Below are positions 59,301-64,000 of a stretch of DNA of 64,000 bases, piece by piece. Every line of letters begins with the position of its first letter. The stretch's first letter is position 1. The stretch lies in NCBI RefSeq assembly GCF_009914755.1, contig NC_060946.1; one strand, 5' to 3'. A program made the position numbers and the translations under genes. This DNA comes from the human T2T-CHM13v2.0 reference genome, Homo sapiens. The notes beneath the pieces were generated by a model, which was given only the letters and a program-made list of their open reading frames with translations, searched no databases and was not told the origin of the DNA.

Positions 59301-61824
59301 AACTTTTTTCTAGGCTCTACCTACGATGGCATTGTGACATATCTCTGCACTAATCATCCAAGTGATGTAACTCTTGTCTAGGATGTGCCTAAATTAAATT
59401 TTTGACATAACCCTGTACTGATCATCCAGGTGATGGAGCTTTTCTCTAGGCTCTGCCTAAGGGGGCATTGTGACATATTTCTGCATTGATCACCCAGGTG
59501 GCGAACTCTTCTCTCGGATCTGCTATGGGGGCATTGTGAGAAATCTCTGCACTGATCACCCAGGTGATGGAACTGTTGTGTAATCTCTGCCTACAGGGGA
59601 ATTGTGAGAGATCTCATCACTGATTACCCAAGTGATGTAACCGTTGTCTAGGCATTGCATACAGTGGGCTTTGTGACATACCTTTGCACTGATCACCCAG
59701 GTGATGTAACACTTCTAAGTTCGGCCTAAAGGAGCTTTGTGACATATCTCTGCACTGATCACTTAGGTGATGTAACACTTTTATAATCACTGCCTACAGG
59801 GAATTTTGACAAATCTCTGCACTGATCACCTAGGTGATGTAACTCTTGTCTACCCTCTGTCCAACGGGGCATTGTGAAATATCTCTGCACTGATCACCCA
59901 GGTGATTCACCTCTTGACTAGGAACTGCCTACAGAGGTTATTGTGAAATATCTCTGCACTGATAAACTAGGTGGTGTAACCCTTGTCCAAGCTCTGCCTA
60001 CAGGGGCGTTTCCACATATCCCTGAACTGGTGACAGAGGTGATGTAACACTTGCCTAGGCTTTGCCTACAGGGAACATTGGACATATGTCTGCACTGATC
60101 ACCCAGGTGATGCAACTCTTGCCTAGGCTTTGCCTACAGGGGACATTGTGACATATCTCTTCAATGATCACTCATGTGATGCATCTCTTGCCTAGGCTTT
60201 GCCTACAGGGGACATTGTGACATATCTCTGCACTGATCTCCCAGGTGCTGTAACTTTAGTCTAGGCTCTGGCTACACGGCATTGTGACATATCACTGCAC
60301 TGATCTACCAGGTGATATAACTCTTGTATAGGCTCTGCCTACAGGGGGATTGTGACCTACCTCTGCAGTGATCACCCAGGTGATATAACTCTTCTCTAGG
60401 ATCTTCCTACAGGGTACTTTGTGACATATCCCTGCACTGATCACCCAGGTGATCTATCTCTGGTCTAAGCTCTGCCTAAAAGGGCATTGTGACAGATCTC
60501 TGCCCTGATCACTCAGGTGATGTAAGTATTGTCTAGGCTCTGCTTCAAGGGGCCTTGTCACATATCTCTGCACTGATCACCCAGGTGATGTAACTCTTGT
60601 CTAGGCTCTGCTTCCAGGGCATATTGTGACATATCTATGCACTGATCACCTTAGTGATGTAACACTTTGGTAGGCTCGGCCTACAGGGGAATCTTGACAT
60701 ATCTCTGCACTGTTAACCGAGGTGATTTAACTCTTGTCTAGGCTGTGCCCACATGGGGATTGAGACATATCTCTGCACTGATCCCGAGGTGATACAACTC
60801 TTCCCTGGTCTCTGCCTACTGTGGACATTGTGACATATCTCTGCACTGATCTCCCAGGTGCTGTAACTTTAGTCTAGGCTCTGGCTACACGGCATTGTGA
60901 CATATCACTGCACTGATCACCCAGGCGATATAACTCTTCTCTAGGATCTGACCACAGGGTGCTTTGTGACATATCCCTGCAATGATCACCCAGGTGATAT
61001 ACCACTTGCCAAGGCTCTGCCTACAGGGGCATTGCAATGTATCTCCTCCACTGATCACCTAGGTCTTGTAGCTATTTTCTAGGATCTGCCTACAGGGTGA
61101 TTTGTGACGTGTCCCAGCAAGGATTACCCAGGTGATGTACCTCTCATCAAGGCTCTGCCTACAGGCACATTGTGATGTATCTCTGCACTGATCACCTAGG
61201 TCATGTAAATTTTGTCTAGGCTCTACCTACGATGGCATTGTGCCATATCTCTGCACTAATCATCCAAGTGATGTAACCCTTATCTAGGATGTGCCCAAAT
61301 TAACTTTTTGACATAACCCTGTACTGATCATCCAGGTGATGGAGCTTTTGTCTAGGCTCTGCCTAAGGGGGCATTGTGACATATTTCTGCATTGATCATC
61401 CAGGTGGCGAACTCTTCTCTCAGATCTGCCTATGGGGGCATTGTGAGAAATCTCTGCACTGATCACCCAGGTGATGTAACTGTTGTGTAACCTCTGCCCA
61501 CAGGGGAATTGTGAGAGATCTCGCCACTGATTACCCAAGTGATGTAACAGTTGTCTAGGCTTTGCGTACAGGGGGCTTTGTGACATACCTTTGCACTGAT
61601 CACCCAGGTGATGTAACACATCTAAGTTCGGCCTAAAGGAGCTTTGTGACATATCTCTGAACTGATCGCTTAGGTGATGTAACACTTTTATAATCACTGC
61701 CTACAGGGAATTTTGACAAATCTCTGCACTGATCACCTAGGTGATGTAACTCTTGTCTACTCTCTGTCCAACGGGGCATTGTGAAATATCTCTGCACTGA
61801 TCACCCAGGTGATTCTACTCTTGA

Positions 61825-64000
61825 CTAGGAACTGCCTACAGAGGTTATTGTGAAATATCTCTGCACTGATAAACTAGGTGGTGTAACCCTTGTCCAAGCT
61901 CTGACTACAGGGGCGTTTCCGCATATCCCTGAACTGATGACAGAGGTGATGTAACTCTTGCCTAGGCTTTGCCTACAGGGAACATTGCACATATATCTGC
62001 ACTGATCACCCAGGTGATGCAACTCTTGCCTAGGCTTTGCCTACAGGGGACATTGTGACATATCTCTTCAATGATCACTCATGTGATGCATCTCTTGCCT
62101 AGGCTTTGCCTATAGGGGACATTGTGACATATCTCTGCACTGGTCTCCCAGGTGCTGTAACTTTAGTCTAGGCTCTGGCTACACGGCATTGTGACATATC
62201 ACTGCACTGATCAACCAGGTGATATAACTCTTGTATAGGCTCTGCCTACAGGGGGATTGTGACCTACCTCTGCACTGATCACCCAGGTGATATAACTCTT
62301 CTCTAGGATCTTCCTACAGGGTACTTTGTGACATATCCCTGCACTGATCACCCAGGTGATCTATCTCTGGTCTAAGCTCTGCCTAAAGGGGCATTGTGAC
62401 AGATCTCTGCACTGATCACTCAAGTGATGTAAGTATTGTCCAGGCTCTGCTTCAAGGGGCCTTGTCACATATCTCTGCACTGATCACCCAGGTGATGTAA
62501 CTCTTGTCTAGGCTCTGCTTCCAGGGCATATTGTGACATATCTATGCACTGATCACCTTAGTGATGTAACACTTTGGTAGGCTCGGCCTACAGGGGAATC
62601 TTGACATATCTCTGCACTGTTAACCGAGGTGATTTAACTCTTGTCAAGGCTGTGCCCACAGGGGGATTGAGACATATCTCTGCACTGATCCCGAGGTGAT
62701 ACAACACTTGCCTGGTCTCTGCCTACTGTGGACATTGTGACATATCTCTGCACTGATCTCCCAGGTGCTGTAACTTTAGTCTAGGCTCTGGCTACACGGC
62801 ATTGTGACATATCACTGCTCTGATCAACCAGTTGATATAACTCCTGTATAGGCTCTGCCTACAGGGGGTTTGTGACCTACCGTTGCACTGTTCACCCAGT
62901 TGATAAAACTCTTCTCTAGGATCTGCCTACAGGGTGCTTTGTGACATATCCCTGCACTGATCACCCAGGTGATCTAACTCTGGTCTAAGCTCTGCCTAAA
63001 GGGGCATTGTGAAAAATCTCTGCACTGATAACTCAGGTGATGTAACTATTGTCCAGGCTCTGCTTCCAGGGCATATTGTGACATATCTATGCACTGATCA
63101 CCTTAGTGATGTAACACTTGTGTAGGCTCGGCCTACAGCGGAATTTTGACATATCTCAGCACTGTTAAACGAGGTGATTTAACTCTTGTCTAGGCTGTGC
63201 CCACAGGGGGATTGAGACAAATCTCTGCACTGATCCCGAGGTGATCCAACTCTTGCTTCGTCTCTGTCTACTGGGGACATAGTGACATATCTCTGCACTG
63301 ATCTCCCAGGTGCTGTAAATTTAGTCTAGGCTCTGGCTACAAGGCATTGTGACATATCACTGCACTGATCACCCAGGCGATACAGCACATTTCTGGGACC
63401 TGCCTACAATGGTCTTGTGACATATCACAGCACTGATCACCCAGGCGATATAACTCTTCTCTAGGATCTGACCACAGGGTGCTTTGTGACATATCCCTGC
63501 AATGATCACCCAGGTGATATACCACTTGCCAAGGCTCTGCCTACAGGGGCATTGCAATGTATCTCTGCACTGATCACCTAGGTCTTGTAGCTATTTTCTA
63601 GGATCTGCCTACAGGGTGCTTTGTGAAGTGTCCCAGCAAGGATTACCCAGGAGATGTACCTCTCATCAAGGCTCTGCCTACAGGCACATTGTGATGTATC
63701 TCCACACTGATCACCTAGGTCATGTAACTTTTTTCTAGGCTCTACCTACGATGGCATTGTGACATATCTCTGCACTAATCAACCAAGTGATGTAACTCTT
63801 GTCTAGGATGTGCCTAAATTAACTTTTTGACATAACCCTGTACTGATCATCCAGGTGATGGAGCTTTTGTCTATGCACTGGCTAAGGCGGCATTGTGACA
63901 TACTTCTGCATTGATCACCCAGGTGGCGAACTCTTCTCTCAGATCTGCCTATGGGGGCATTGTGATAAATCTCTGCACTGATCACCCAGGTGATGTAACT
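61825..64000. repeat. Second long (37-monomer type) HOR variant, truncated by the window end; extra block at 62821-63433
   Basis: The same diverged block (TGATCAACCAGTTGATA...CAATGGTCTTGTGACATATCACAGCAC) appears 13953 bp after the first. ORFs at 49384/63337 and 49416/63369 show the same offset. Confidence 0.9.

Larger units (their letters stand above)
1..64000. repeat. Beta satellite (BSR, 68-bp Sau3A family) tandem array, running off both window ends
   Basis: TGATCA/GATC-anchored units recur every ~66-69 bp throughout (e.g. 962, 1030, 1098, 1167). The consensus matches the human beta-satellite monomer as I recall it. I saw no unique sequence and no strand switch. Confidence 0.96.

Noticed and set aside
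61041-61052. 1-bp length differences among HORs (1904-1907 bp), e.g. ATCTCCTCCACT here
   Set aside because: Isolated single-base indels could be ordinary mutation or consensus error. Only those shared between copies were used as markers.
441-62022. Recurrent 65-aa minus-strand ORF (MHHLGDQC...) and other 60-68 aa ORFs
   Set aside because: They are translations of satellite monomers, repeating once per HOR with 68-bp frame-shifting motifs (HHLGDQC, YITWVISA). They are lost by point changes in some units (~28883, ~54200) and match no protein family I recognise. They are useful only as landmarks.
1-64000. CRISPR-like appearance (conserved partly palindromic ~35-bp core plus variable segment, ~68-bp period)
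   Set aside because: The variable parts are homologous to each other and repeat every 28 units rather than being unique spacers. There are no cas genes or leader, and the sequence matches primate beta satellite.
1-64000. Alpha satellite or functional centromere, D4Z4/LSau-associated beta satellite, or embedded Alu/L1
   Set aside because: There is no 171-bp period, I saw no CENP-B box, and there is no GC-rich D4Z4/LSau segment, poly(A) tail or non-satellite interruption. HOR spacing accounts for all the length.

Overview
The whole 64 kb is one uninterrupted, single-orientation array of the ~68-bp primate beta satellite (BSR / Sau3A family). The monomer is approximately GATCACCCAGGTGATGTAACTCTTGTCTAGGCTCTGCCTACAGGGGCATTGTGACATATCTCTGCACT. 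It is organised as a higher-order repeat (HOR) of 28 diverged monomers (1904-1907 bp), about 33 copies. I see no genes, transposon insertions, inversions or CRISPR array, and all ORFs in the track are by-products of the repeat. The interest is in array architecture: (i) a 3810-bp two-HOR super-repeat at ~3-14 kb; (ii) duplications offset by 5715 and 5580 bp; (iii) three 27-mer deletion variants; (iv) two 37-mer (2519-bp) variants, each carrying a 613-bp diverged block with a monomer absent from the standard HOR, possibly a relic of an older HOR; (v) a patchwork of shared variant tracts on the right side; and (vi) a left-to-right change in haplotype and homogeneity. I found no evidence of a new gene-encoded system. 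Species and chromosome cannot be determined from the sequence alone; human or great-ape heterochromatin is inferred.
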